64,000 nt of DNA from Candidatus Shapirobacteria bacterium UBA2283 (lineage in GTDB: Bacteria > Patescibacteriota > Microgenomatia > UBA12405), in contig DDWP01000020.1 of the NCBI GenBank assembly GCA_002345725.1, forward strand, positions 1,433-65,432. Reading direction: 5' to 3'. A program made the position numbers and the translations under genes. Position 1 is the stretch's first letter; the number at the start of each line of letters is the position of its first letter. Of the stretch, positions 35,961 to 45,172 are shown one piece after another. The notes beneath the pieces were generated by a model, which saw only the letters and a list, made by a program, of their open reading frames with translations, had not been told where the DNA came from and did no database searches.

Positions 35961-37127
35961 ATGCCATCAACAACAGGAATTAGAGGAACAGGAAATCAAG
36001 GAGTTACCAGAAAGTATGATGTCGCTGACGTTGTTTCGCTTTTGGATGTTAATAGATATCCATTGTTGGCGATTTTAACTAATGCTGGGAAAGATCCCGT
36101 TACTGGTGAGGGTAAGGCGATGAAGAAAAAAGAGTCGATGGACCCAGAATTTAAATGGTTTGAAGATGAATTCGGACGAAGACAGCTTACGGGAACGTCA
36201 ACAATTGACCCTGACGGTGGAAATCTAACGCTTACGAGCCAAGCTCAATACCTCCAGGTTGGAGATATAGTATTGGTCGCGAAGCAAAAGTGGGTTTTCC
36301 AAGTTAGTGCAATTGTCGATGCAAACACTATTTCGGTGGGACCGGAACTTGGAGGTGCGACTGGCGCCGCGGCTGATGCTTCAGGAGATGTTTGGCTTAT
36401 TGGTAACGCCAATGAAGAAGGATCTGGATTGAGAGAAATTAGATCTACAGTCATTCAAGAAATAGCTAACTACTGTCAAATTTTCAGAACTCCAGTTGGT
36501 ATCACTGAATCAGCAAAGAATACTAAGGGATGGACCAAAGAAAGCGATTTTGACTACCAGAGACGGAAAAAAGGAATTGAACACATGGTCGATATTGAAC
36601 GTTCATTTCTCTTCGGTAAAAAAGGAATTATTACTACTGGCTCACATCCAAAACGGTTTACTGGCGGTATCTTAGCTAGAATTGCAACATACGCTTCGGC
36701 GAGTGTTGATACTGAATCTGAATTCGAAGCATGGTTGGAAAGTCTATTTGCTTTTGGAAACACCGAGAAGTATCTTTTTGCGTCCGCATCTGTGGTCTCA
36801 ATGATCAACAGCTGGGCAAAAGGGAAAGTCCAGATAGTTAATCCGACAAAAACATATGGTCTTCGTATCGTAACTTATGATTCTCCGCACGGAACTTTGC
36901 ATATTATCAAGCACCCACTCTTAGCGGGTGTGACTTATGGTAACTATGCGGTCGGATTGGATATGGAAGCGTTGACTTACCGTTACTTAAGTAATCGTGA
37001 TACGAAACTATTAACTAACAGACAGGACCCTGGCGAAGATAGTCAGGTAGATGAGTATTTAACTGAATGTGGTCTGCAAATGGAGCAAGAAAAACGCCAT
37101 GCCATCATGAGCATCGGTGCTCTCTAA
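35961..37127 (+). CDS. putative major capsid protein
   Basis: 388 aa with SD AAGGGGGTGAA; position after the scaffold-like gene; assignment by size and synteny. Confidence 0.45.
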   Translation: MPSTTGIRGTGNQGVTRKYDVADVVSLLDVNRYPLLAILTNAGKDPVTGEGKAMKKKESMDPEFKWFEDEFGRRQLTGTSTIDPDGGNLTLTSQAQYLQVGDIVLVAKQKWVFQVSAIVDANTISVGPELGGATGAAADASGDVWLIGNANEEGSGLREIRSTVIQEIANYCQIFRTPVGITESAKNTKGWTKESDFDYQRRKKGIEHMVDIERSFLFGKKGIITTGSHPKRFTGGILARIATYASASVDTESEFEAWLESLFAFGNTEKYLFASASVVSMINSWAKGKVQIVNPTKTYGLRIVTYDSPHGTLHIIKHPLLAGVTYGNYAVGLDMEALTYRYLSNRDTKLLTNRQDPGEDSQVDEYLTECGLQMEQEKRHAIMSIGAL

Positions 37128-37222
37128 AAATACAGAAACGATATGAAACAGATTAGTAAATTGAAAAAAATGAAGTCACTGCACACTTTGTTACTCAGTG
37201 CAGTCGTTTAAGCCAAGGGTGA

Positions 37223-37855
37223 ATGTTATCACCCTTGCAAACTTTATTAAAGATAGGAGGTGAAAAACAAATGACAGAAATAAACGATAAAACATTAGAA
37301 GAAATGTCCATGGCAGAGCTATGGGGTGAAGCAAAACGCTTAGGAATATCGAAAGAAGGGAAAAAGGAAGACCTGATTGCTCGTATTAGAGAGGCGAAAG
37401 TAGGTGGCGCATCATCAGACAGTAACGATGATCAAGATCAGGAAAGAAAGGTAAGCAAGGAGGTTATCTATATCTCGAGATATCACGAACTTAAATTGGT
37501 CGTTGATCCATCTTACTTGAAAGAGGTTGGTGTCCGAGTGTTGACAATTAAGGGCAAGTGCATTCAGTTCCATGAGGGAATTTACAGAACCTCAGATCCT
37601 GAAGAAATTGCTTTTCTTAATAACCATCCTAATTATGGCAATGTTTTCCGCAAAATCGAACAGGTTGAAATTAAAGGAAAAAATCTTGAGCAAGTTTATA
37701 AGGATAAATTTAAAACGCTTGAAGAAAGAGAGCGGGACATTGCTATTAGAGAAGAATCCATAAAACGCAAAGAGATGGTGTCAAAAGGTCACCAAGAAGG
37801 TGCGTCTTCAGTTACTAGTGGAATTGAAGACACAACCAATCAGCCTAAATTTTAA
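37223..37855 (+). CDS. phage protein with Rho-N/SAP-like motif
   Basis: LEEMSMAELWGEAKRLGISKEGKKEDLIARIREA resembles a Rho_N/SAP motif; likely start MTEINDK (37271) after SD AGGAGGTGAAAAAC. Confidence 0.4.
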   Translation: MLSPLQTLLKIGGEKQMTEINDKTLEEMSMAELWGEAKRLGISKEGKKEDLIARIREAKVGGASSDSNDDQDQERKVSKEVIYISRYHELKLVVDPSYLKEVGVRVLTIKGKCIQFHEGIYRTSDPEEIAFLNNHPNYGNVFRKIEQVEIKGKNLEQVYKDKFKTLEERERDIAIREESIKRKEMVSKGHQEGASSVTSGIEDTTNQPKF

Positions 37856-37868
37856 AAGCTAAAAAAAT

Positions 37869-38159
37869 ATGGAAAGCAGACCTAAATTTACAACGGCCAA
37901 TGTCACATTGACCAACGCCGACACTTGGTATCCCCTGCCAGATATTGCGGTCGGCGAAGGATGTGACGTGGTGATTAAGTCGAAGACTGGGAATACTGGT
38001 GCAATAAAGGTCGCCCATGATGATGCTACCAGCAAAGCATCGCCGTTTTTACTGGATAATCCTGGAGACAGTGTGAGCTTGAGAATTAAGGGAACGACTC
38101 AAATCGTTCTCTCTTCCAGTGTCGTTGGACAAGTTGTGGAGGTTGTTGCTGAACAATAA
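37869..38159 (+). CDS. hypothetical phage structural protein
   Basis: 96 aa ORF within the structural string. Confidence 0.4.
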   Translation: MESRPKFTTANVTLTNADTWYPLPDIAVGEGCDVVIKSKTGNTGAIKVAHDDATSKASPFLLDNPGDSVSLRIKGTTQIVLSSSVVGQVVEVVAEQ

Positions 38160-38161
38160 AT

Positions 38162-38749
38162 ATGGCCAAATTTAAACCATCATTAGTAAATATTCGAAGA
38201 ATGTTCTCGAAGATGAGAATCATCGTCAATACTGATGATGGCGAAGAAGATTACGACACAACCTTCTATCCCAACGGTTTTACCGCTAACCAAATTTCAA
38301 TCGGTAACGACAACACTGGCAGTAATGATGCTGGATTGAGATTCTTAAGACCACTACTGCCTAACAACGTCAAAATAACTAAAGCCATTCTGCGAGTCAA
38401 GTCGGCCGTTAATTCCACTAAGCGCCCCATCTGGGTAATTAAGGGGATTAAGCAAGCCAGTACCTTGAGCTTTGATTCCACTCACCGACCATCACAGCAA
38501 CCTAAAACGACTACCACAGTTGCCTGGGTCCCTGGAGCGGATTGGGTAATTAATAACTGGTATGAAAGTCCAGATATCAAAACGATTATCCAAGAAATCA
38601 TTGACCAAACAGAATTTACCAATAAAGCGATTGGCTTGGTGATTGAAGACAATGCCAGTCCAGCCAATAACTACGAGAACATCTGGGACTTTAACAGTGG
38701 AGCGGCTAACGCTGCTCAGCTTGTATTAACACTTGAACCAGATTTGTAA
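38162..38749 (+). CDS. single-copy paralog of the ~170-aa repeat domain found in 39000..40685
   Basis: DDGEEDYDTTFYPNGFTANQISIGNDNTGSNDAGLRF...PSQQPKTTTTVAW...YESPDIKTIIQEIIDQ parallels both repeats of the next large gene. Confidence 0.55.
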   Translation: MAKFKPSLVNIRRMFSKMRIIVNTDDGEEDYDTTFYPNGFTANQISIGNDNTGSNDAGLRFLRPLLPNNVKITKAILRVKSAVNSTKRPIWVIKGIKQASTLSFDSTHRPSQQPKTTTTVAWVPGADWVINNWYESPDIKTIIQEIIDQTEFTNKAIGLVIEDNASPANNYENIWDFNSGAANAAQLVLTLEPDL

Positions 38750-38764
38750 GGAGGTGAAAAAAAT

Positions 38765-39079
38765 ATGCAAACAAATGATGCTGCGCTATTACAAACGATT
38801 TTAGAAGCCATAGTTGTCAGTCCCGACAAAGTGGCAGTTGAGCGAACAGTCGACGAGATGGGAGTTTTACTTAAAGTCAAAGTCGATGAAAAAGATGCTG
38901 GAGCAGTGATTGGAAAAGAAGGTGCCACTATTGCTGCGATCCGAAAATTGATGGGCGTTTTCGGAAGAAAAAATAACGCTCGAATAAACATCAAGTTAGA
39001 TGTTCCGCCCAGAAAGAAATTACAAAAGTATGAAAAACCAAGTATTGAAGATCAAAACCACGATACAGGAAAACTCTGA
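38765..39079 (+). CDS. KH-domain protein (KhpA/UPF0109-like)
   Basis: GAVIGKEGATIAAIRKLMG (GxxG KH motif); SD AGGAGGTGAAAAAAAT; 3' end overlaps the next ORF. Confidence 0.5.
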   Translation: MQTNDAALLQTILEAIVVSPDKVAVERTVDEMGVLLKVKVDEKDAGAVIGKEGATIAAIRKLMGVFGRKNNARINIKLDVPPRKKLQKYEKPSIEDQNHDTGKL

Positions 39080-40685
39080 TGATGGCCGAGAGGTGGGCGT
39101 TTCGACTTGGTATGCAGATGGTAATGCCGGTAAGGTAATCACCTTCGGCAATTTTGACGGATTAAACCAAGCAGCAGCTCTTCGTTTTCGCGGAGTTAAC
39201 ATCCCCAAATTCGCCAAAGTCTTATTTGCCAGACTTAGACTAAAAGTGGCTTCGACTGATGATGTTGACTTTCCGGTGTTATTAAAAATCAAAGGTATTA
39301 AGGAAGCTGATCCTCAACCATTTAAACAAGTAAGTAGACCGTCAACACGCACTGCGACAATCAATGGTGTCGACTGGGATATTCTCAAAAAATGGAACGC
39401 CAATGAGTGGGTTCAAACTCCAAATTTGAAACTAATCATTGACGAGCTTGTCCAACAAGCTGACTGGAAACCAGGCAACGCTATGGCGTTTGTAATCAGC
39501 GATGACGGCAGCACAACCGGGAATGCTAAAACCTGCTGGGATTCAAGTAAAGGTAAAGGTTACGAAGCGGAGCTGGAAGTTTATTACATTACTCCAGGTA
39601 TCCATGAAGAAATCTCAATCATTAGTTTATCCGGTAACGACCGTGATGGTGAAGAAGATTATGACACCACCTGGTTTTCTAGTGGCTATGCCAGTAATCG
39701 TATAAGCATTGGCAATGACAGTACAGGTAGCTGTGATGCTGGGCTGATATTCAGTCCGGTCAACATTCCTCAAGGCGCTGAAATACTTTCGGCTCGATTA
39801 CTCCTAACGAGCGAAGCCCAATGGAATGCGATGCTGAACCTGCTGATTAAAGGCTTTGCCGAAGACAATGCTCCAGTATTTGCCTCAAATGGCTCAAACC
39901 GCCCCTCTACTCGAACTAAAACAACAACCCAAGCCCAATGGACATTGGGATTTGGTCAGGGTGGAGTTTTGGTGGGTGAACATTGGGCTGCCCAAAGTGT
40001 CTATGAATCGCCAGAGTTAAAAGAAATAATTCAAGAAATTCTTGATCGACCAGATTGGGCAAAAAATAGATTAGGGTTGGTGATTGAGGATTATGACTCC
40101 CAAGCTGGAGCGGTTAAAAACATTTTCGATTCAAATCAAGATGGTGGTAAATATGGAGCAAAACTTGTTATTGCTTGGACTTGTGAGCGACGAGTGACAT
40201 CAAGAGATAAAGACACTAAGGGTTATGACAAAGCAAATTACCCAGAATATATTGTGGTCCACCACTCTGCAACTCCTCGGGATAATACCCACTTTGCCAC
40301 CATAAAAAAATCACATATTGGTTATGGCTGGGATGACATCGGCTATCACAAATGGATTGCAGGAGGACTTGATGGTCTAGGGACTTTGATTCCTGGCCGA
40401 CCAGAAAACAAAATCGGCTCCCATAACGACAGCAACAAAATGAACTACCGTTCCATTGGTATTTGTGTCTGTGGTAGCTTCCACTCGACCGGTGGTAACG
40501 AGCAACCATCAGCCGAGCAGTTGGCCACCTTACAGACACTTCTGGATGATATCCGGATGAAGCGCAGGATTCCCAAAGAACGAGTCATGGGACACGGTGA
40601 GACACCGGAATCGACGACTGATTGCCCTGGTGATCACTTACTGGCTTATATCAAAAATTACCGGAAAACCGGGTCATTAACTTAA
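39000..40685 (+). CDS. N-acetylmuramoyl-L-alanine amidase (Amidase_2/PGRP) with two N-terminal copies of a novel repeat domain
   Basis: C-terminus YIVVHHSATPRD...GYHKWI...IGSHNDSNKMNYRSIGICVCG...TDCPGDH (amidase_2 zinc site); two ~170-aa repeats with S/GIGNDxTGSxDAGL and PSTRTxT motifs. Probable start MKNQVL (39030). Confidence 0.7.
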   Translation: MFRPERNYKSMKNQVLKIKTTIQENSDDGREVGVSTWYADGNAGKVITFGNFDGLNQAAALRFRGVNIPKFAKVLFARLRLKVASTDDVDFPVLLKIKGIKEADPQPFKQVSRPSTRTATINGVDWDILKKWNANEWVQTPNLKLIIDELVQQADWKPGNAMAFVISDDGSTTGNAKTCWDSSKGKGYEAELEVYYITPGIHEEISIISLSGNDRDGEEDYDTTWFSSGYASNRISIGNDSTGSCDAGLIFSPVNIPQGAEILSARLLLTSEAQWNAMLNLLIKGFAEDNAPVFASNGSNRPSTRTKTTTQAQWTLGFGQGGVLVGEHWAAQSVYESPELKEIIQEILDRPDWAKNRLGLVIEDYDSQAGAVKNIFDSNQDGGKYGAKLVIAWTCERRVTSRDKDTKGYDKANYPEYIVVHHSATPRDNTHFATIKKSHIGYGWDDIGYHKWIAGGLDGLGTLIPGRPENKIGSHNDSNKMNYRSIGICVCGSFHSTGGNEQPSAEQLATLQTLLDDIRMKRRIPKERVMGHGETPESTTDCPGDHLLAYIKNYRKTGSLT

Positions 40686-40689
40686 AAAT

Positions 40690-41334
40690 ATGCAATTACA
40701 AGAATTTAGACAAGATCTCGATGCCAGAATGTCGGCCGCTAAAATAAACGGATTCTGGAAGCAGCCGGACAAAGATCGCTGGATTAACAAAGGTATTGTC
40801 CGGGCGTGTAACTATGCCCGTTGGAAATTCTTGAGTAAACATGCCACTCAACTGGTTGAGAAAAACCCTAACGGAACTCTCAAAGAGAATTATTTTCTAC
40901 CGTTTGACTTCAAACCAGGTGGATTCATAACAATCAAAGTTGGTGGAATTCCCCATCATAAAATCAGTGAAGACGAATATACCCAACAGACCTATTCCTA
41001 TGAGCGAGTGGTGGCCATTATTGGTGACGAGTATCACCTTAATTTAAGTGAACTCACGGATGTTGCTGAAGGAGCGATCATCGACATTTATTACAAACGA
41101 CGTCCAGTGAGATTGGTCGAGGATGATGACGAGCCAATTACTCCTGAAGAAATGGATGAACCGGTCGTCAAGTTAGCACTTTCCGTTTGTTTAACCAAAA
41201 CCCCTGGTAAACAATCTGACTCCCAAAAAGAAGTAGTAGAGGCTCATACCATCCTGCAACAAATTAAAGATAGAGAGGATGAGGAACCAACCAGTGTCTA
41301 TAAAGGACAAGCTGGTAGTTCCCGGTGGGAATAA
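40690..41334 (+). CDS. hypothetical phage structural protein
   Basis: 214 aa, co-linear in the structural string. Confidence 0.4.
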   Translation: MQLQEFRQDLDARMSAAKINGFWKQPDKDRWINKGIVRACNYARWKFLSKHATQLVEKNPNGTLKENYFLPFDFKPGGFITIKVGGIPHHKISEDEYTQQTYSYERVVAIIGDEYHLNLSELTDVAEGAIIDIYYKRRPVRLVEDDDEPITPEEMDEPVVKLALSVCLTKTPGKQSDSQKEVVEAHTILQQIKDREDEEPTSVYKGQAGSSRWE

Positions 41335-42800
41335 AAACTATGGCATTAAACGCATATAAAATACAAGGTTTTCGAGGAGGGATCGCCGACGACCCCTATC
41401 AAGGAGTGCGTGAAGCATTCCGATTTGGCTATGGCTTAAATATCCGTGATGACGGCAACACCCTTAAATGCAACCAAGCTCTCAAAGAAGATCTAGGTAG
41501 TTTGGAAGTAATAACGGATTTGATTCTGTTTTATGTCCCGGCATCCAACGGCAAACTCTATGGCTTTGGCGACTCTGGAAATATTTATTGTAAAGACACG
41601 GTCGATGATGCCTGGGCCCTGGTTTATCACGATGCTAATGGAAAAATAACCGGAGCTGCTGAGTACACCAATAATGATGGTTCTGATAACTACATTCCCT
41701 ACCTCTACTGGGCAACAGAAACCAAAGTCAGTCGAATCAAACTCTCTGGCACTTGGACTACTGATGTTGAGCATGACTGGGGTGCCTTAAACGGTGATCC
41801 CGCTTGGCACACGATGGTCGAAGCTCTAGGAGTGCTTCTTATTTGCGATGCTAAAGATCTGGCCATGGTTGATTACGAAGGAGCCTTTGCCGGTGGTATC
41901 TCTCCAGCACTTGATCTGCCTAAAGGACATCGTAATAAATGTTTGCTTGGACAAGATCAGTTGGTGATTTTTGGCTCAACTAAAGGTGACAAAGTCGAAG
42001 AAGGCTGGCTCTGGACTTGGGACAAAATTCAACCCTCTTGGATTCAACGCCGAATGGTGGCAGAACGCGGTATCAACGCCATGATTCAAGGCGAATATCT
42101 TCTAATACAAGCTGGGGTCTATGGTGGGCTCTATTTCTGGGATACCGCCACCTTGATGCGAATCAAAAAGTTCCCCGGAGAAAATGGCTGGGTTAATCCG
42201 GGAGCCGTTTGTAACATGCATGGGCTCCCCTTATTCGGGCTGAATGGCTCAGATAAATGTGGCGTCTATTCATACGGTCGACTGAGTAAAAACGATCCCT
42301 ATGCTCTCAATCTAGAATACGTTCCTTCGCATGGCAAGTTGGCAGATGTCTCGATCGGTGCCTTGACTATGTACACCGACCAATTGTTTGTTTCCTGGAA
42401 AGATGGAGCTACGTTTGGCGTCGATACCATCGATGTAACTAAAAAAGCTGAAGGTCGGTATGAAGGCTTGGTATTTGATGCCAATGAGATCTTTACTCAA
42501 AAAGGTTTTCGTCACATTAAGCTCGTCACTAAATCGCTTCCCAAAGATTCAAGTATCGAAGTGTTTTATAAAGTAAACGAACAAACTGACTGGCAAAAAG
42601 CCACCATGGAAAACGGCAATGAAGCCTTTGATCAGGAAGGTAAAACCAAAGCCATATTTACGATTGAAACCGGTGGAGACGAAGACGAACCAGATCGAGG
42701 TGAGGAATATGAAGTGGCACTCAACATTCACCCCGCTGATAACGAAACACCCGACATCAAATCAATTATTACCTATTTTGAACCGATGGGAATTTTATAA
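41325..42800 (+). CDS. hypothetical phage structural protein (491 aa)
   Basis: Overlaps the upstream gene; no diagnostic motif. Confidence 0.4.
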   Translation: MGIKTMALNAYKIQGFRGGIADDPYQGVREAFRFGYGLNIRDDGNTLKCNQALKEDLGSLEVITDLILFYVPASNGKLYGFGDSGNIYCKDTVDDAWALVYHDANGKITGAAEYTNNDGSDNYIPYLYWATETKVSRIKLSGTWTTDVEHDWGALNGDPAWHTMVEALGVLLICDAKDLAMVDYEGAFAGGISPALDLPKGHRNKCLLGQDQLVIFGSTKGDKVEEGWLWTWDKIQPSWIQRRMVAERGINAMIQGEYLLIQAGVYGGLYFWDTATLMRIKKFPGENGWVNPGAVCNMHGLPLFGLNGSDKCGVYSYGRLSKNDPYALNLEYVPSHGKLADVSIGALTMYTDQLFVSWKDGATFGVDTIDVTKKAEGRYEGLVFDANEIFTQKGFRHIKLVTKSLPKDSSIEVFYKVNEQTDWQKATMENGNEAFDQEGKTKAIFTIETGGDEDEPDRGEEYEVALNIHPADNETPDIKSIITYFEPMGIL

Positions 42801-42802
42801 CT

Positions 42803-44104
42803 ATGTTGACTGATTTAATACAAAAAGTATTTGGAAATAAGGAGGTTACCGATACTCCGTTTCCAGTCGTGCCAACTCACACTCATAACAGCATTGACTC
42901 ACCAGCCCTAGCTCCTGGATCTGTTAGTACAGTCAATATTAAACCTAATGCAGTTGATGAAAGTAAGCTCATGGATTTATCGGTAACTGAGGAAAAGTTG
43001 GCTGAAGCAGCTGTCGCCACCCAAAAAATAAAAGATGATGCGATTACTGCCGCCAAAGTCTGGAAAGGAGGGTCAGTAATTACCCTCTCTGCCCAAATTG
43101 CAGAAGCGATTATCTTAACGGCACATATTCAAGACTTAGCGGTGAAATGGGCCAAGATTGGAAATCTTGAGGTTGGCAATAGCAAAATTATGGATGCAGC
43201 AATAAGCAATGCCAAGATTCAGGACTTATCAGTCACCAATGGCAAAATCGGACTTTTGGAAGTTGGTAACTCTCGAATAATGAATGCTGCCATCAGTACC
43301 GCAAAAATACAAGAATTGGCCGTTGAGTGGGCTCAGATTGCAACGCTCGCAGTTGGCAACTCAAAAATTATGGATGCCGCTATTAGTACGGCCAAGATTC
43401 AAAACTTAGCTGTCACTGATGCTGAAGTAAATGATTTGAATGCAGCCAAAATATCGGCAGGACTGATGACCGCTGACAGGATTTGGGGTGGTGCTGGGTA
43501 TTTTGATTACATCCAAGTTCGTGAATGTGGTACTCAAGCGGTTAATGTTGCTGGAAATATTAATAAAACAGGAACCTGCAACTTTGCTATCCCTCACCCA
43601 CTGAAACCTGGCAAGCAGTTAGTTTATACCGGAATTGAATCGGCCGAGGTAATGCTCGTCGAGCGCGGGAGTAGCCAACTCCAAAACGGTCAAAAACGAA
43701 TTGATTTCTCTGATCACTACAAAGCAGTCAGTGATCCCAGAAAAGCGACAGCCTATCTCACCCCTCGAGAAGATTGCAAAGGATTACTACTCCTAGAAAC
43801 CGCTGAAGACCACATCACTGTTAAAGAAATGAGTAATGGTAGATCAAACGCCAAATTTGATTACATTATTTTTACGGTCCGTAAAGGTTTCTATGGATTT
43901 GATTTTGAACCAGAGGATCTCTCACTTCTCCAAAATGACGGTGAAGATGAAGAATCGTTCAAACAACGCTATCACGATCACCGGATCAAATTAATTCGTA
44001 AAAAAGGCGGTCCAGATATTGATACCAAAGTCGCTGAATTTCACCAAGCGTGGATCTCAACTCAAGGAAATAAAAAAGTTAATCAAAAGGAGGTGAACAC
44101 ATAA
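42803..44104 (+). CDS. tail-fibre-like protein with 22-aa tandem repeats
   Basis: Four consecutive ~22-aa units AKIQ(D/E/N)LAVxWAxIxxLEVGNSKIMDAAIS(N/T); 66-bp DNA periodicity. Confidence 0.5.
   Translation: MLTDLIQKVFGNKEVTDTPFPVVPTHTHNSIDSPALAPGSVSTVNIKPNAVDESKLMDLSVTEEKLAEAAVATQKIKDDAITAAKVWKGGSVITLSAQIAEAIILTAHIQDLAVKWAKIGNLEVGNSKIMDAAISNAKIQDLSVTNGKIGLLEVGNSRIMNAAISTAKIQELAVEWAQIATLAVGNSKIMDAAISTAKIQNLAVTDAEVNDLNAAKISAGLMTADRIWGGAGYFDYIQVRECGTQAVNVAGNINKTGTCNFAIPHPLKPGKQLVYTGIESAEVMLVERGSSQLQNGQKRIDFSDHYKAVSDPRKATAYLTPREDCKGLLLLETAEDHITVKEMSNGRSNAKFDYIIFTVRKGFYGFDFEPEDLSLLQNDGEDEESFKQRYHDHRIKLIRKKGGPDIDTKVAEFHQAWISTQGNKKVNQKEVNT
43125..43450. repeat. ~66-bp tandem coding repeats (about 4 units) inside the tail-fibre-like gene
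   Basis: Repeated GCCAAGATTCA(G/A)GA(C/A)TTA...GTTGGCAA(T/C)(AGC/TCA)AAAATTATGGATGC(A/C)GC units. Confidence 0.6.
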
Positions 44105-45168
44105 TGGCAACAAAACAATTAGGCGGTTGGTATTGGCAACCAGAACAAAATAAAGCTCTCCGGTGGTGGGGTACTGACTCTGCTGGAAAAGATATTTATA
44201 CCGAAGGCGACGAACCAAGTAAGCCCCAAACTGTATCCAATTTAAGCACGGGGTTAAGTACAATCGGATCCGGAAACGTTTTGGGCTTTGACATGGGAAC
44301 TCTCAACACTAAATTTCAAGATACCTATGGCCAGATTCAAGGGCTATCGACCGAACTAGAAGACTACTCAACCCGTCGATATGATGAGGAATACAGCAAG
44401 GCAGGCTTGAGTAAAACTAAAGATGAAATTGCAGCATTAGACGCTAGTATCGCCAGTGAGAAAAATGTCCGAGATGAATCAGTAAGCAAGGTTAGGAAAA
44501 ATCCTGGCTACTCAGCTGCAACCATTACGGGCGAAACTGGAGAGGTCCAAAAACTGGCTGGCTCTAAAATTGGTAATTTAATTGAAGAGCGAAACGCCAA
44601 AGCCCAAACCTACAATGCGACACTGGGTGAAATCACCCAAAAAGTAGCGACGGAAACTCAAGGTAAACAAAGTAAGCTCAACAACTTGCGTTCTGATTTG
44701 CAGCTTATAAGCGGACTGGTTGATTCCTACAACAAAACCAGATCGACCGAGCTTTCGAGTCAAACCGATGAAACACATTGGGAAAAAGAGTTTGAACTCA
44801 AACTCTATGGTGCCCAAACCGATCGAATGAAAACTGGTGATGGTGGTGGCACGTACGCTAAACAACAGGTTAAGGATGCCTTTGGTAATGTGACTGGTTT
44901 TTTTGATCCAGTATCAGGCCAAACAACACCTTATCAAACTGATTCTCAAAAACAACAAACCACGACCGTAAACGAAGGCGAACTGCGAAATGAAATTCGA
45001 TCAGCCTGGAAAACTGGGCTATCAGCCGATCAACTAAAAACGAATCTGGCCAACGTCACGACCGATAAAGGCAAAAACGCCTCACAGGTCATTGATGAAG
45101 AATGGCAGTTAAAAACACAACCGGGAGTTATGGGCTTTCTAAGAAGGCTCTTTACTCCGGGGGTTTAA
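44104..45168 (+). CDS. hypothetical phage structural protein (354 aa)
   Basis: SD AAGGAGGTGAACACATA; Ser/Thr/Gln-rich with a coiled-coil-like region. Confidence 0.4.
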   Translation: MATKQLGGWYWQPEQNKALRWWGTDSAGKDIYTEGDEPSKPQTVSNLSTGLSTIGSGNVLGFDMGTLNTKFQDTYGQIQGLSTELEDYSTRRYDEEYSKAGLSKTKDEIAALDASIASEKNVRDESVSKVRKNPGYSAATITGETGEVQKLAGSKIGNLIEERNAKAQTYNATLGEITQKVATETQGKQSKLNNLRSDLQLISGLVDSYNKTRSTELSSQTDETHWEKEFELKLYGAQTDRMKTGDGGGTYAKQQVKDAFGNVTGFFDPVSGQTTPYQTDSQKQQTTTVNEGELRNEIRSAWKTGLSADQLKTNLANVTTDKGKNASQVIDEEWQLKTQPGVMGFLRRLFTPGV

Positions 45169-45172
45169 ATTT

